A stretch of DNA of 51,082 nucleotides from the IMG/VR virus record IMGVR_UViG_3300036859_000729, positions 1 through 51,082 of that record, one strand, 5' to 3'. Positions 7,469-16,173 of this stretch are shown one piece after another (position 1 is the stretch's first letter; each line of letters opens with the position of its first letter). Under the pieces are notes generated by a model. It saw only the letters and a list, made by a program, of their open reading frames with translations, did not search any database and was not told the origin of the DNA. Origin of the DNA: a virus. Lineage: Duplodnaviria > Caudoviricetes. A program made the translations under genes and the position numbers.

Positions 7469-9527
7469 TGGGTTTCGCCTTTGCTGCGGCGACTTGGGCC
7501 GAGGCCTCGGTCTGGGCGATGTGGACGTCAGCCTGGATGCGGAGGGCTTCGAGGCCCAGTTTCACCCGCTCGTTGAGCGCGGCGGTGCGTTCCTTCGTCG
7601 CGTTGAGCATGGCGTTGATGAGTTCGACCTGCTGCCACCCCGACTCGCTCTGCGCATCCGCGGCGAACTTCTCTGCCTGGGCCTGGAGTTGGAGAATCGT
7701 CGCGTCGTTGACCCGAATCTGCTCCTGCATCTCAACGATGAATTGGAGTTGGGCTTGCTGAGCCTTCGCCTGCTCTGTCTGCGCCTTCAGCTCCGCCACG
7801 GTGATTTGGTAAGGCTTGGGCTGCGGGGTGTTGGCGGCGCCGATGTAGAGTTGCTGATACCCCTCCACGCGGAGGGACTTGAGGAAGTGCACCTCCGCGG
7901 CGTCGACGTTGTAACCGGGATAGGCACGGGCACGGTCCGCAATCGCGAAGGCTTGCTGCACCCGTGTGTGCTCCGAGACAACGTTGGGGTCGGCGACGGG
8001 GCAGATCCGATCCGGGTTCATCCGATAGTCCTCTCGCCCCACCTTGTACCCATCCCCGAAGCTCAGCTTGTCCGGCATGAACATAGAGTTGAGGACGTAA
8101 AGCTTCTTGAACTCTTCCTTCATCGAGCGCCAGATCCGCTTGAAAATTGCGGCGTAGACCTTCGAGCCCTGCTCTACCATCCCCTCGTAGGTTCCGACCT
8201 TCGTGTTCTGGCCCGGGTTCTCCCCCGTGATTGCCTCGGTGGACCCGGAGACCCGGTCGGTGTACTGGATGAGAAGGGTGAGGAGGTTAAAGAGAACGGC
8301 GGAGGGCTCGGGGAGTTCGAGGGGGACGAGGTTCTTCCTCACGTCATCCCCTGTCGAGTCGAGGCGTTTCCACTCCCCGGGACGGAAGGAGTATGCCCCA
8401 CCCCGAATCTTCGCCCCGCGGCCGAGGAACCCGCCGCCGAGGTTCTTCATCGTCCCGGCATCGATCAACTGATTGATGTTCGTGTTGACGGCGTGGTTGA
8501 GGCTGCCGATGAGGACGCCGAAGCCCATGTCGTAGATGGAACCGTCGGGGGAGGGAATGAAACCGTACTTGGTGAAGTACTCCGTCGCGCGGATGGAGAT
8601 GATCTCGCTGGAGCTGTTCCTCTCGATGTCCTCCAACCGTTCGAAGCGCAGGGCAATGCGGAGGAGGAATTTCGAGGTGCGCTCGAAAGTGAGAATGGCG
8701 GGTTCGGCATACCCGTCTCCGTCGAGGTCGAGGTAGGTATGTTGCTCGCAGATTTGGAAGGGGGCGAGACTGGAGGGAGTTGCCGGCGGCACTGTGCGAT
8801 CGCGCCGGGCCTCGTCCTCGCCGTCCTCGGGTTGGGGGAGTTGGGGCTCGGCGTACCATGTCTCCTTCAAGCAATCCCGATACGCGCCGGACTTGACGAG
8901 GGAGTAAATGTCATTCCTCGACTTCGGGATGACGTGAGTCTTTCTCCCGCAGGTCTCCACAGACTTGGCGTAGTAGTCCATCACGAGGTCGCGAGCGAGG
9001 ACAAGCTCGGAAACGTTTTGCCCCTTGATGCCGTCGTAGTATGACTTCTTGAACGCACACCCCACTATTGGAATGTTGATGAGCATGCGGTCGTGTTGCT
9101 CTTCCCAGGCTTGATCTTCCTCCATCACCTGGTAAGACATGTGGCAACCGATCCGGGCCGCAGCTTCGCCGAGGGTCCCCGTTGGGTCCTCTCCCACCAC
9201 GCGATACCTCACCACCTCGGGGCCCTGAATGATCGCGGGGTAGGCGCGGGAGTGGAACTGGAGCGTCGCAATCGTGATGAGGGGGAACTGGACGTTCGAG
9301 GCGTCGGGCCAGGGGAAGGTCTTCGCCTGGGTGACCTGCATCGCCAGGTCCATCGCCGCGCGGTTGAGATCCTCCCACCCGAGACGGGACCGGCGATCCT
9401 CTTCGTAGCCGTCCCACGCCCAGTTGCCGATCGAAGTGAGGTCGTCGGGGGAGAATGAGCCCGTGAGGTTGGGAGACTTAACCGTCTCCTTGTCCAACTT
9501 GATCTTCCGCGTGATGGTGGGAAGCAT
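7452..9527 (-). CDS. Portal protein (P22-like, with C-terminal coiled-coil barrel)
   Basis: 691 aa directly after TerL; FPWPDASN motif; long Q/A/E helical C-terminus. Confidence 0.85.
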   Translation of the reverse strand: MLPTITRKIKLDKETVKSPNLTGSFSPDDLTSIGNWAWDGYEEDRRSRLGWEDLNRAAMDLAMQVTQAKTFPWPDASNVQFPLITIATLQFHSRAYPAIIQGPEVVRYRVVGEDPTGTLGEAAARIGCHMSYQVMEEDQAWEEQHDRMLINIPIVGCAFKKSYYDGIKGQNVSELVLARDLVMDYYAKSVETCGRKTHVIPKSRNDIYSLVKSGAYRDCLKETWYAEPQLPQPEDGEDEARRDRTVPPATPSSLAPFQICEQHTYLDLDGDGYAEPAILTFERTSKFLLRIALRFERLEDIERNSSSEIISIRATEYFTKYGFIPSPDGSIYDMGFGVLIGSLNHAVNTNINQLIDAGTMKNLGGGFLGRGAKIRGGAYSFRPGEWKRLDSTGDDVRKNLVPLELPEPSAVLFNLLTLLIQYTDRVSGSTEAITGENPGQNTKVGTYEGMVEQGSKVYAAIFKRIWRSMKEEFKKLYVLNSMFMPDKLSFGDGYKVGREDYRMNPDRICPVADPNVVSEHTRVQQAFAIADRARAYPGYNVDAAEVHFLKSLRVEGYQQLYIGAANTPQPKPYQITVAELKAQTEQAKAQQAQLQFIVEMQEQIRVNDATILQLQAQAEKFAADAQSESGWQQVELINAMLNATKERTAALNERVKLGLEALRIQADVHIAQTEASAQVAAAKAKPNGTSH

Positions 9528-9528
9528 T

Positions 9529-11037
9529 TCAGTACCCAGTCACTTTGTTGCGGCCAGAGGCCCTGCGTGGGTCGTTGTGACGCATTTCGCGGTCCTCTTC
9601 GTCCTCGAAGTCCTCCTCTTCAATGTCCCCCATCTGATTCAGCCCTTTCATGAGAGTCGCCGCGGAGTCGAATTGGTCATCGAGACTTGCCTCGCTCATG
9701 CCAGTGAAGCGGAGTTGCTCGTGCTCGAAGCCCTCGTACCACTCCGCGTCCTTATCATACCGGCACTTGCCCATCCGGTGGGCCTTCTGGTAGTCACGGC
9801 CCCGCGTCGCCTTGTCCTTCACGGGGAGGAGAGGCTGGAAGTTGATCCACTCACCTCGCGGGCGACGGAGCATTTCCTTGTAGATGAAGGGGGAAACGGA
9901 CTTCCAAATCACGCCGTCCTCGACGAAGAAGACGGAGGGTTTCCACTTCACCTGAATGTCGAAGAGAAGCTCGAGCCACTCCCGGGTGTCCCACCTTCCG
10001 ACGAACTGGTCCACGAAGTGAGTTGTTTGGGCGGCGTCCACCCCAGCGATGGTGAAGGAGGTGCGGTTTGCCTTGTCCGCTTTCGACACGGCGAAGTCGG
10101 CTCCGGCCACAATCGTCTTGGGCTCGAGGTAGTCGTCCTGATCGTCCTTCCCCCGGGCGTGGCGCATGGGGAGGAAGTCATCCTTCCTCAGATACGCATC
10201 TTCGTTGTCGAAGGGGTCGTTGAGGTACTCTTGGGAGTAACCGCCCGGGTCCTGGTCGTCGATGTACTCTTGCCGCTTATCCCGCAGCCACGCCTCGTTG
10301 AAGCGCTCAGGCCAGAGGATGTCCGAGAAGTCGTCGAACCCGGCGTGGGCTTTGAAGAAGAGAGTCTTCCACCTCTTCCCACGCATGATGCGGTTGAGGG
10401 CTGAGTCCTCGTGGATGATCGTGCCGTGGAAACGGATCTTTCCCGTCGGCTTGAGGCAGGGGATGAGGGCGCGGTAGAACCACCGGCGGAACTTTGTCCG
10501 GCGATCCTTGTTCTCCACCTGCTCATCATCCTCAAGGTCGTCGCAGAGGATGAGGCCGGGGCGTTTCCCTCTCCACTTCATCCCGCGCATCTTCTGCCCG
10601 GAGCCCTTCGCCACGAAGCGACACTGGTGGCCGTCCTCGAAGTCCACCACGATGTCGGTCTTGGCGTCGGTGGAGAGGCCCTTGATCTTGAAGTCCCGGA
10701 TCAAGTCCTCGTTCGAGCGGAATTCCGCGGCGATGTCGCCGAGGTGCTCGATCGCAAGGGTCTCTGTGCTCGATACGACGATGATGTAATCTTCGGCGCG
10801 GAAGCACGCGGCGGCGAGGCCGTAGTTGTGAGTGAGGGCAGTGGACTTGGCGTGCCCCCGGGGTGCGGCTACGGCGGCGAGACCCGTGTCGCTGCAATAA
10901 AGGGTCCAGCACTCTCTGTGGAATTGGGGCGTCGGGGCAACAGCGTCATAAATCGGGCTGAGATAGAGGCCGGCAAAGGCCTCCACCAACTCCGGCGTGA
11001 GCCGGTCAACCCGATTCAGGGCGCCGTTGCGCATCAC
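9529..11037 (-). CDS. terL: Terminase large subunit
   Basis: Walker A APRGHAKST; Walker B LILCDDLED; RNase H-type nuclease motifs AGADFA and DDQFDS. Confidence 0.93.
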   Translation of the reverse strand: MMRNGALNRVDRLTPELVEAFAGLYLSPIYDAVAPTPQFHRECWTLYCSDTGLAAVAAPRGHAKSTALTHNYGLAAACFRAEDYIIVVSSTETLAIEHLGDIAAEFRSNEDLIRDFKIKGLSTDAKTDIVVDFEDGHQCRFVAKGSGQKMRGMKWRGKRPGLILCDDLEDDEQVENKDRRTKFRRWFYRALIPCLKPTGKIRFHGTIIHEDSALNRIMRGKRWKTLFFKAHAGFDDFSDILWPERFNEAWLRDKRQEYIDDQDPGGYSQEYLNDPFDNEDAYLRKDDFLPMRHARGKDDQDDYLEPKTIVAGADFAVSKADKANRTSFTIAGVDAAQTTHFVDQFVGRWDTREWLELLFDIQVKWKPSVFFVEDGVIWKSVSPFIYKEMLRRPRGEWINFQPLLPVKDKATRGRDYQKAHRMGKCRYDKDAEWYEGFEHEQLRFTGMSEASLDDQFDSAATLMKGLNQMGDIEEEDFEDEEDREMRHNDPRRASGRNKVTGY

Positions 11038-11210
11038 TCCTCGATTCGGTCGGGTATTGCCCAGGAAACGAGGAAGGCGAAGAGGCCCTGGAAGGCCCCG
11101 GCAATCTCCGCCGTGATCTCGGCGTGGGCGTACTTGTTCAGGGCCCAGACCACGATGATGGCAAGGGCAGATGCGCCGGCCCCTGCACTCACTTTTCGCG
11201 TCGGCGTCAT
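11034..11210 (-). CDS. Putative holin
   Basis: 58 aa with two hydrophobic segments; ATGA-coupled to the endolysin. Confidence 0.6.
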   Translation of the reverse strand: MTPTRKVSAGAGASALAIIVVWALNKYAHAEITAEIAGAFQGLFAFLVSWAIPDRIEE

Positions 11211-11632
11211 GTTTGCCACTCCCCAGTCATCATTTGCCGCGCGAGGATGGCGCAGCGACGTGGAGTTTGCTCATGCCATGTGGAATCGAGCATCTCCGCT
11301 TCGGCGGTTTCCCACCTCTCATCCTCCATCGCGCGGAGGGCGTTCTTGAAGCCCAGGAGACCGGCGAGCCCGAGCTGAAACCACATGTTGACCAGGACCG
11401 AGATCCGCGGCTCGTTGAGGCGGGAGGTCCAAGGCAGATGCTCGCCGATCTCGCGGAGGGCAATCTTCACCCGATTGTTGAGGATGAAATCGATTTCCTC
11501 GTCACGTAACCCTCCACCCTTCCTCTTATCCACAAGGAAGCCCACGCCGATGGTCCACCAGCCCAGGCTGTCCTGGTAAACATGAGGAACCCGGTCCTCG
11601 AACCCTTCAACCTGGGCGGCGATCCGACTCAT
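11207..11632 (-). CDS. Endolysin, T4-type lysozyme (GH24)
   Basis: Catalytic E...D....T pattern in FEDRVPHVYQDSLGWWTIGVG; VNMWFQLG; EMLDSTW..QTPRR. Confidence 0.9.
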   Translation of the reverse strand: MSRIAAQVEGFEDRVPHVYQDSLGWWTIGVGFLVDKRKGGGLRDEEIDFILNNRVKIALREIGEHLPWTSRLNEPRISVLVNMWFQLGLAGLLGFKNALRAMEDERWETAEAEMLDSTWHEQTPRRCAILARQMMTGEWQT

Positions 11633-11943
11633 GACGGCTCCGGCACGACGGCAAGGTACCCGCCGATCGTAATGCTGTTGAAGAGGGTGGTGGCAACGCG
11701 GACGGTGAGGTAGTAAATCACGCCGGCCACGCCCCCAACCGCCTTCGCATTCACGGTGGTGCCGGAGATTGAACTCGAGGCGGCGACGAGAGCGGGGTTT
11801 GGGTCTGCGCCGGAGTAAACCGTCGCGGTGTACGCGGTAACGGAGGAAATCGTCTCTCCCGCTCCGAGCTCTGAGGCGAAGTCGAAGGGGATGGTGATGG
11901 TCTCACTCACTCCCTTGGGCTGGATGATGACGCGGGAGGTCAT
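11629..11943 (-). CDS. Small beta-sandwich virion/fibre adaptor protein
   Basis: K..SE..TIPFDFASEL..GETISS...GGVAG..Y pattern typical of small phage adaptor proteins. Confidence 0.55.
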   Translation of the reverse strand: MTSRVIIQPKGVSETITIPFDFASELGAGETISSVTAYTATVYSGADPNPALVAASSSISGTTVNAKAVGGVAGVIYYLTVRVATTLFNSITIGGYLAVVPEPS

Positions 11944-12140
11944 GCGAGGAGCCCCCGAGCTTCAGCAATTACCACAGCCTCATCGTAATCGCGCTGCCAG
12001 GACTCCTCCAGAGCCTTCCAGGCGAGGGCATGAGCGAGATGGATGCGGTCCTCGATGTGGCGGAGGATCACATTCGCCCCGGCCCGTGAGGGCGTTCGCT
12101 GCATCATCACCGGGCCGCGGGAGCCGAGGAGATCCATCAC
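11940..12140 (-). CDS. Hypothetical protein
   Basis: 66 aa; 4-nt overlaps at both ends. Confidence 0.55.
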   Translation of the reverse strand: MMDLLGSRGPVMMQRTPSRAGANVILRHIEDRIHLAHALAWKALEESWQRDYDEAVVIAEARGLLA

Positions 12141-12250
12141 TTCTTCTTTGCCGGCGCCTTGGCAAGGGCGGCAATCTTCGCCAGGGCCTTGCGGGGGGCA
12201 GGGTTACTCGTCGCCGTCTTGGGGCGAAACAACACGGGCGTCTTGCGCAT
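12137..12250 (-). CDS. Small basic peptide (37 aa), below the ORF-track cutoff
   Basis: GAGGA SD + ATG at 12250; MRKTPVLFRPKTATSNPAPRKALAKIAALAKAPAKKK*; stop overlaps the next start. Confidence 0.5.
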   Translation of the reverse strand: MRKTPVLFRPKTATSNPAPRKALAKIAALAKAPAKKK

Positions 12251-12818
12251 CGATGGTCCTCACACGGTTGAGGGTTTGGGACTGGAGGGCGACGAGACGC
12301 TCCGCCAGCTCGTTGAGGTGATTCGGGTTGATTGGGGCGGGGGGCGGGGCAGCCGAGGGAATGCCGAAGCCGAGACTCTTCGCACCCAGTTCCGCGGCCC
12401 GGAGGGCGAGATTGTCCGGGATCTGGTTCACGTCGGGGCGGGAGAGCTTCTCTTGCAGCACGCGGAGGGACTGGTGGAGAACCGCTTGAAACCGCTCCTT
12501 GATCGTCGCACGCAGCTCCGGATCGATGAGGGTCTCTCGCCTCTCCGCGAGAAGAGCCTGAAAGGCATCGGAGTGCATGACCGTAGAGATCCATGCCGGC
12601 GTCTTCCCGAAGAAGGTGGCGAGCTGGTTCTGGTGAACCCAGGGATTCGCAACGATGCAATCCACCATCGCTTCGTGGGAGTAGCGGAGTTTCGCCGGCC
12701 CGACCTCCGCGCGGATTGCCGCCGTCGAGGGCCCGCGGGGGGCGTACCCCAGGGCCTCATCCCGCTGGGCCACGGGCGTCTGGGTCAGCTCGGTGAGAAG
12801 GGTGTCGGCGTCTGGCAT
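12204..12818 (-). CDS. Putative terminase small subunit / HTH protein
   Basis: First gene behind the late promoter; HTH-like HQNQLATFFGKTPAWISTV followed by helical segments. Confidence 0.6.
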   Translation of the reverse strand: MPDADTLLTELTQTPVAQRDEALGYAPRGPSTAAIRAEVGPAKLRYSHEAMVDCIVANPWVHQNQLATFFGKTPAWISTVMHSDAFQALLAERRETLIDPELRATIKERFQAVLHQSLRVLQEKLSRPDVNQIPDNLALRAAELGAKSLGFGIPSAAPPPAPINPNHLNELAERLVALQSQTLNRVRTIDAQDARVVSPQDGDE

Positions 12819-12861
12819 GGCTGGCTCTGGTTGCGGGGCCGAGGCCCCGGGCTTCCCCGCG

Positions 12862-12890
12862 ATTGTATGCGGGGAAGCGGCGGATGTCAA
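12862..12890 (-). promoter_or_regulatory. Sigma70-type promoter for the late operon
   Basis: TTGACA(12890-12885)-17 nt-TACAAT(12867-12862). Confidence 0.8.
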
Positions 12891-13298
12891 GGGGCGGCGC
12901 GGAACGGGCGATTCCCGCGTGGGATATCCACCGGTATCTTACGTGCAAATAGCGGCACTGGGCGAATTCTCACGTGGGAAATGGGCCACTGGGCGCAAAA
13001 TGTAGGGGTGGGTTGCCTGTAACAAAAAGTAACTGGATTTACCCCCGGGGGTCTCTCGCCGCGATACCGGCGCCACGGGCTGCAGGGCGGGGTATCGGGT
13101 GGCGATACCGGAGGCGAATGCGAATCGTTCTCATGCACAGGTGCAGGATGCAATGCCCGTGCCAGGGGCGGGGTGTCCAATGAATCTTCACTATCGCGTC
13201 GGCCATCCCCATAGCTACAATTCATTGGCCAGGACGCGGGCGGGCGACGATAATTCAGTCACCGGGGCAATGGTGCCCCGGATGAAAGGAACCTCGCA

Positions 13299-13868
13299 AT
13301 GAATGAAAAACGGAAGGTGAATACCACGATCACTCACCGGGTGATTGAAGGGAAGATGGAGTTCACGGTGCATGGCGGGGTGAACCTCGCCCCCATCGTG
13401 TTCGATCCGGGGAAGGCCAGCGCCACGAACCGCGCCCGTGCCATGCTGCACGGGTGGATCCAACGGGTGAGCGATGGCGGGGCCATCGAACGGGCGGATA
13501 AGGAGGGAAATCTCCGCTCGAAGGAAGAACTCGCCGCGATGCGCCACGCCCGGATGCTCGCCATCGTGAACCACTACGAGGCGGGGACGGATGACTGGAC
13601 GATTCGACCCGTCGCCCAGGGCGTGGATGCCGGGATGACGATTCAGGGGATCATCCGGGCGGGGCTGGCGACGGATGTAGACGGCGCGAACGGGCTGGTG
13701 GAACGTCTCGCCACGAAGCGGGGCATCGACCGCACCGCGTCCCTCCGGCTCTGGGCGGCGAGCGACAAGGTGGCCCGGGCGATTGCCGAAATCCGGGCGG
13801 AACGGGCAAGCGGGAATGCCGAAGAACTCCTCGCCGAAATCGAGGAGGGCCCGGGCGAAGAGGAGTGA
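13299..13868 (+). CDS. Early hypothetical protein (paralog of 23974..24606)
   Basis: Hairpin + AAAGGA SD; shares HG..Q...D..A and ..W..R segments and a C-terminal xLLxE motif with 23974..24606. Confidence 0.8.
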   Translation: MNEKRKVNTTITHRVIEGKMEFTVHGGVNLAPIVFDPGKASATNRARAMLHGWIQRVSDGGAIERADKEGNLRSKEELAAMRHARMLAIVNHYEAGTDDWTIRPVAQGVDAGMTIQGIIRAGLATDVDGANGLVERLATKRGIDRTASLRLWAASDKVARAIAEIRAERASGNAEELLAEIEEGPGEEE

Positions 13869-13901
13869 GGAGGCGGGATGGGGGGACCACCCCCACCCCC
13901 A

Positions 13902-14102
13902 CCACCCCTCCTACGCGTCCACCATGGGTCCCCATCCATCCTCATGGTCCAGTTTCCTTTTCAGTCCAGTTTCCTTTTAGCCGTATTTCTTCTACTATAT
14001 TTTTTTTGTAACAAGAAGTAACAGGAATACAGGCTCGGGAACCTGAGCCCTCGGGATGACGCGGGGGGCATGGTGGACGCGGGGGAGGGGTGGGACGCGG
14101 GG
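13902..14102. repeat. Inverted repeats, direct repeats and AT-rich core (origin-like element)
   Basis: IR 13902-13926 / 14069-14093 (23/25); GTCCAGTTTCCTTTT x2; T-run; GACGCGGGG x3 at 14058, 14076, 14094. Confidence 0.75.
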
Positions 14103-14125
14103 TGACGTGTCGGCGCACATCTTAC

Positions 14126-14154
14126 TTGCAACCACGCCGCGGGTGTGGTATCAT
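14126..14154 (+). promoter_or_regulatory. Sigma70 early promoter with extended -10
   Basis: TTGCAA-17 nt-TATCAT with TGn before the -10; preceded by CACATCTTAC, also found at the 23874 promoter. Confidence 0.75.
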
Positions 14155-14177
14155 GCGGGGGTTGGAGGTAATGTGGT

Positions 14178-14591
14178 ATGGCACGGAATCGGGCAGTGGA
14201 AATTTGGCCAGGCAAGCCGGGGAGTAGGAAGCTCAGCGATGACGACGTGAGACGGGTGAGGAGGCTGTGCCTGGGGGAGGGGTGGACGTACGGGCAGGTG
14301 CAGAAGGCGTACTACCCGAATGTAGCGAGAGAGACGATTGCAAGGGCGGTGAGGAGGGAGACGCACTTCAATGTGTTGGATGTGGTGAGTTCGCAGGAGA
14401 TGGAGCCGGATGTTGAGGAGGCACTGGTGAGGATGAGGGCGGAAGGGCAGGCGATTCTCGATGCCGCGCATCGGGGGAATGCGATGCTGGACGAGCTTGC
14501 GGGGATGTCGCCGGAGGTGAGGGAAAGGGCCCGGGCGCTGGGTGGGTTGCCGCCGAAGTCGCCGCTCGACGAGCAAGGAGAAGGGGAATGA
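14178..14591 (+). CDS. HTH DNA-binding protein
   Basis: GGAGG SD; KLSDDDVRRVR...TYGQV...VARETIARAVRRETH HTH-like pattern. Confidence 0.65.
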   Translation: MARNRAVEIWPGKPGSRKLSDDDVRRVRRLCLGEGWTYGQVQKAYYPNVARETIARAVRRETHFNVLDVVSSQEMEPDVEEALVRMRAEGQAILDAAHRGNAMLDELAGMSPEVRERARALGGLPPKSPLDEQGEGE

Positions 14592-14677
14592 TTGAGCTGG
14601 TGGATGTGATTTGGGCGCTGGGGATCATCCTCGCCGTTGGGGTCCTGGTGCCCGAGGGGTGGTTTGGGGAGGAGTGA
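14588..14677 (+). CDS. Small membrane peptide (29 aa)
   Basis: ATGA overlap; AAGGAG/GGGG SD; MIELVDVIWALGIILAVGVLVPEGWFGEE*. Confidence 0.5.
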   Translation: MIELVDVIWALGIILAVGVLVPEGWFGEE

Positions 14678-14748
14678 AGCACTCAGCCGAGGAGGACGCG
14701 GGTCGTCCTCCTGGGGTGCGTGTTGCGCCAAGAAAGGACCTCGCAATC

Positions 14749-15000
14749 ATGACTACAAAGAAGGGAACCTCGCGTCCCTACACCACGGACTATGGGCTGA
14801 CGAAGGGGCACTGTGAGACGCCACGAGGCGCAATTCGCTCAGCCATCCGGCACCTCCTCGAATCGGGGCGCAAGCACTGCGTCATCGAGCAGAAGGCTGG
14901 CGGACCTCCCATCGACGTCTGGTACAATGGGTACTGGGGCGTGCATGTCGAACCGAGGAAGGATCGCACGAACGTCGTCCCTCTACGGAGGAAGGCATGA
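14749..15000 (+). CDS. Early hypothetical protein
   Basis: Hairpin + AAAGGA SD; starts MTTKKG. Confidence 0.7.
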   Translation: MTTKKGTSRPYTTDYGLTKGHCETPRGAIRSAIRHLLESGRKHCVIEQKAGGPPIDVWYNGYWGVHVEPRKDRTNVVPLRRKA

Positions 15001-15257
15001 GAACAGGCGTGCTTCGCATGATTGTCTACTCGCCTGAGGGAGCCACCGTCACGATGCAGTCGCCGCGGACCCTTCGCGACAACACCCGAGTCGTTCCCGG
15101 GTTGACGCAGGCGCAATACGAAGATTGGCTCAAGGGGCGTGGCCTGGTTCAAAACATCATGCCCCACGTCAGTGCAGAGGATCGCGAGTTCCTCATGACG
15201 GGGTATACGCCGGAGGACTGGGCGGCGATCTTCCCTCCCGAGGAGGATGAAGGATGA
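14997..15257 (+). CDS. Hypothetical phage protein
   Basis: ATGA overlap; W...G.LVQNIMPH.S.EDREFLMTG.TP..W pattern common in small phage proteins. Confidence 0.75.
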   Translation: MRTGVLRMIVYSPEGATVTMQSPRTLRDNTRVVPGLTQAQYEDWLKGRGLVQNIMPHVSAEDREFLMTGYTPEDWAAIFPPEEDEG

Positions 15258-15475
15258 ACACCCTCGTCGTGACCTACCACGTAACGAACCTGGATGGAGA
15301 GTTCCTCTTCCTCGTAACGGGGCAGAAGAGGAAGCCAGTTCCCACCTGGGGGAGCTTCCGCGCCGGAGCGAGGTACACGAAGGAAGGCGCGCGGGAGATC
15401 CGCGACATACTCACCGCGGCGGGGCATCAGTGTGAGATCCTCCGCGCAACGACGCGGCTTGAATTGGTGGAGTAA
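15254..15475 (+). CDS. Hypothetical protein
   Basis: ATGA overlap; 73 aa. Confidence 0.65.
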   Translation: MNTLVVTYHVTNLDGEFLFLVTGQKRKPVPTWGSFRAGARYTKEGAREIRDILTAAGHQCEILRATTRLELVE

Positions 15476-15479
15476 AACG

Positions 15480-15743
15480 ATGCAAGCCTTCATTCATGTC
15501 AGAAAAGATGGGTCGGTGGAGATGCGGGGAGGGGTGTGCTTCCACGCACATCCGACCACCTTCAATATCGATAGACAAGAAGACGGAGCTAAAGGCGTGC
15601 ACGAGTTTGAGGGGCTGACGTTCATTTCTATTCTGCCGCGGTGGTGGCAGGTCGGGAAGTGGCTGTGGCTCCTGCGCTTGCTGAGGAGAAATACGCTCCC
15701 GCCAGGATTCGTCTTCAACCAGATCACGCCGGTTGAGGAATGA
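15480..15743 (+). CDS. Hypothetical protein
   Basis: GGAG SD + ATG at 15480. Confidence 0.55.
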   Translation: MQAFIHVRKDGSVEMRGGVCFHAHPTTFNIDRQEDGAKGVHEFEGLTFISILPRWWQVGKWLWLLRLLRRNTLPPGFVFNQITPVEE

Positions 15744-15813
15744 CTCTCCCCGCCAGCGAGGGAAGCCGCCGCTGGCGGGGCAAGTTGCCCGAAAGAAAGG
15801 AAACCTCGTGGAG

Positions 15814-16173
15814 ATGACAAGGCAGGAAATGTTTGAGACGGCCGTAAGGGGGCTGCACAAGCAGGGCAGGAAGTCGACAACGGATAGGCACGACTTCTGC
15901 CTCTACCGCGGCCTAGGAGGATCGAAATGCGCCGTGGGTTTTCTCATCCCGGACGGAATCTATACGCCGGCGATGGAAGGTAGGTCAGTCGAGAGACTAG
16001 GGATCTTCCCGAGGGAGGAATACACCTTCCTCGATGAGATGCAACTGCGTCTTCATGACAGGCTGCGTGAAAAAGAGTTCCGCAGCGACCTGCTTCCTGC
16101 CGCACGCCGGTTCGCGGTCGAGTGGGGCCTCAAACCCACCTTCCTCGACGAACTCGAAGGAGCTGCCTCGTGA
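15814..16173 (+). CDS. Hypothetical phage protein
   Basis: MTRQEMF...QG.KS...CLYRG...KCAVG.LIPD..Y...MEG pattern. Confidence 0.75.
   Translation: MTRQEMFETAVRGLHKQGRKSTTDRHDFCLYRGLGGSKCAVGFLIPDGIYTPAMEGRSVERLGIFPREEYTFLDEMQLRLHDRLREKEFRSDLLPAARRFAVEWGLKPTFLDELEGAAS

Noticed and set aside
7416-9044. Long antisense ORFs (e.g. 7416..9044 +, 25527..27197 -, 33784..34947 -, 40903..42120 +, 49498..50796 +)
   Set aside because: They mirror well-supported genes on the opposite strand, have no motifs or SD, and are expected shadows of GC-rich codon usage.
13225-13254. Promoter TTGGCC-18-GATAAT for gene 13299
   Set aside because: Weak match with non-optimal spacing; plausible but not distinguishable from chance.
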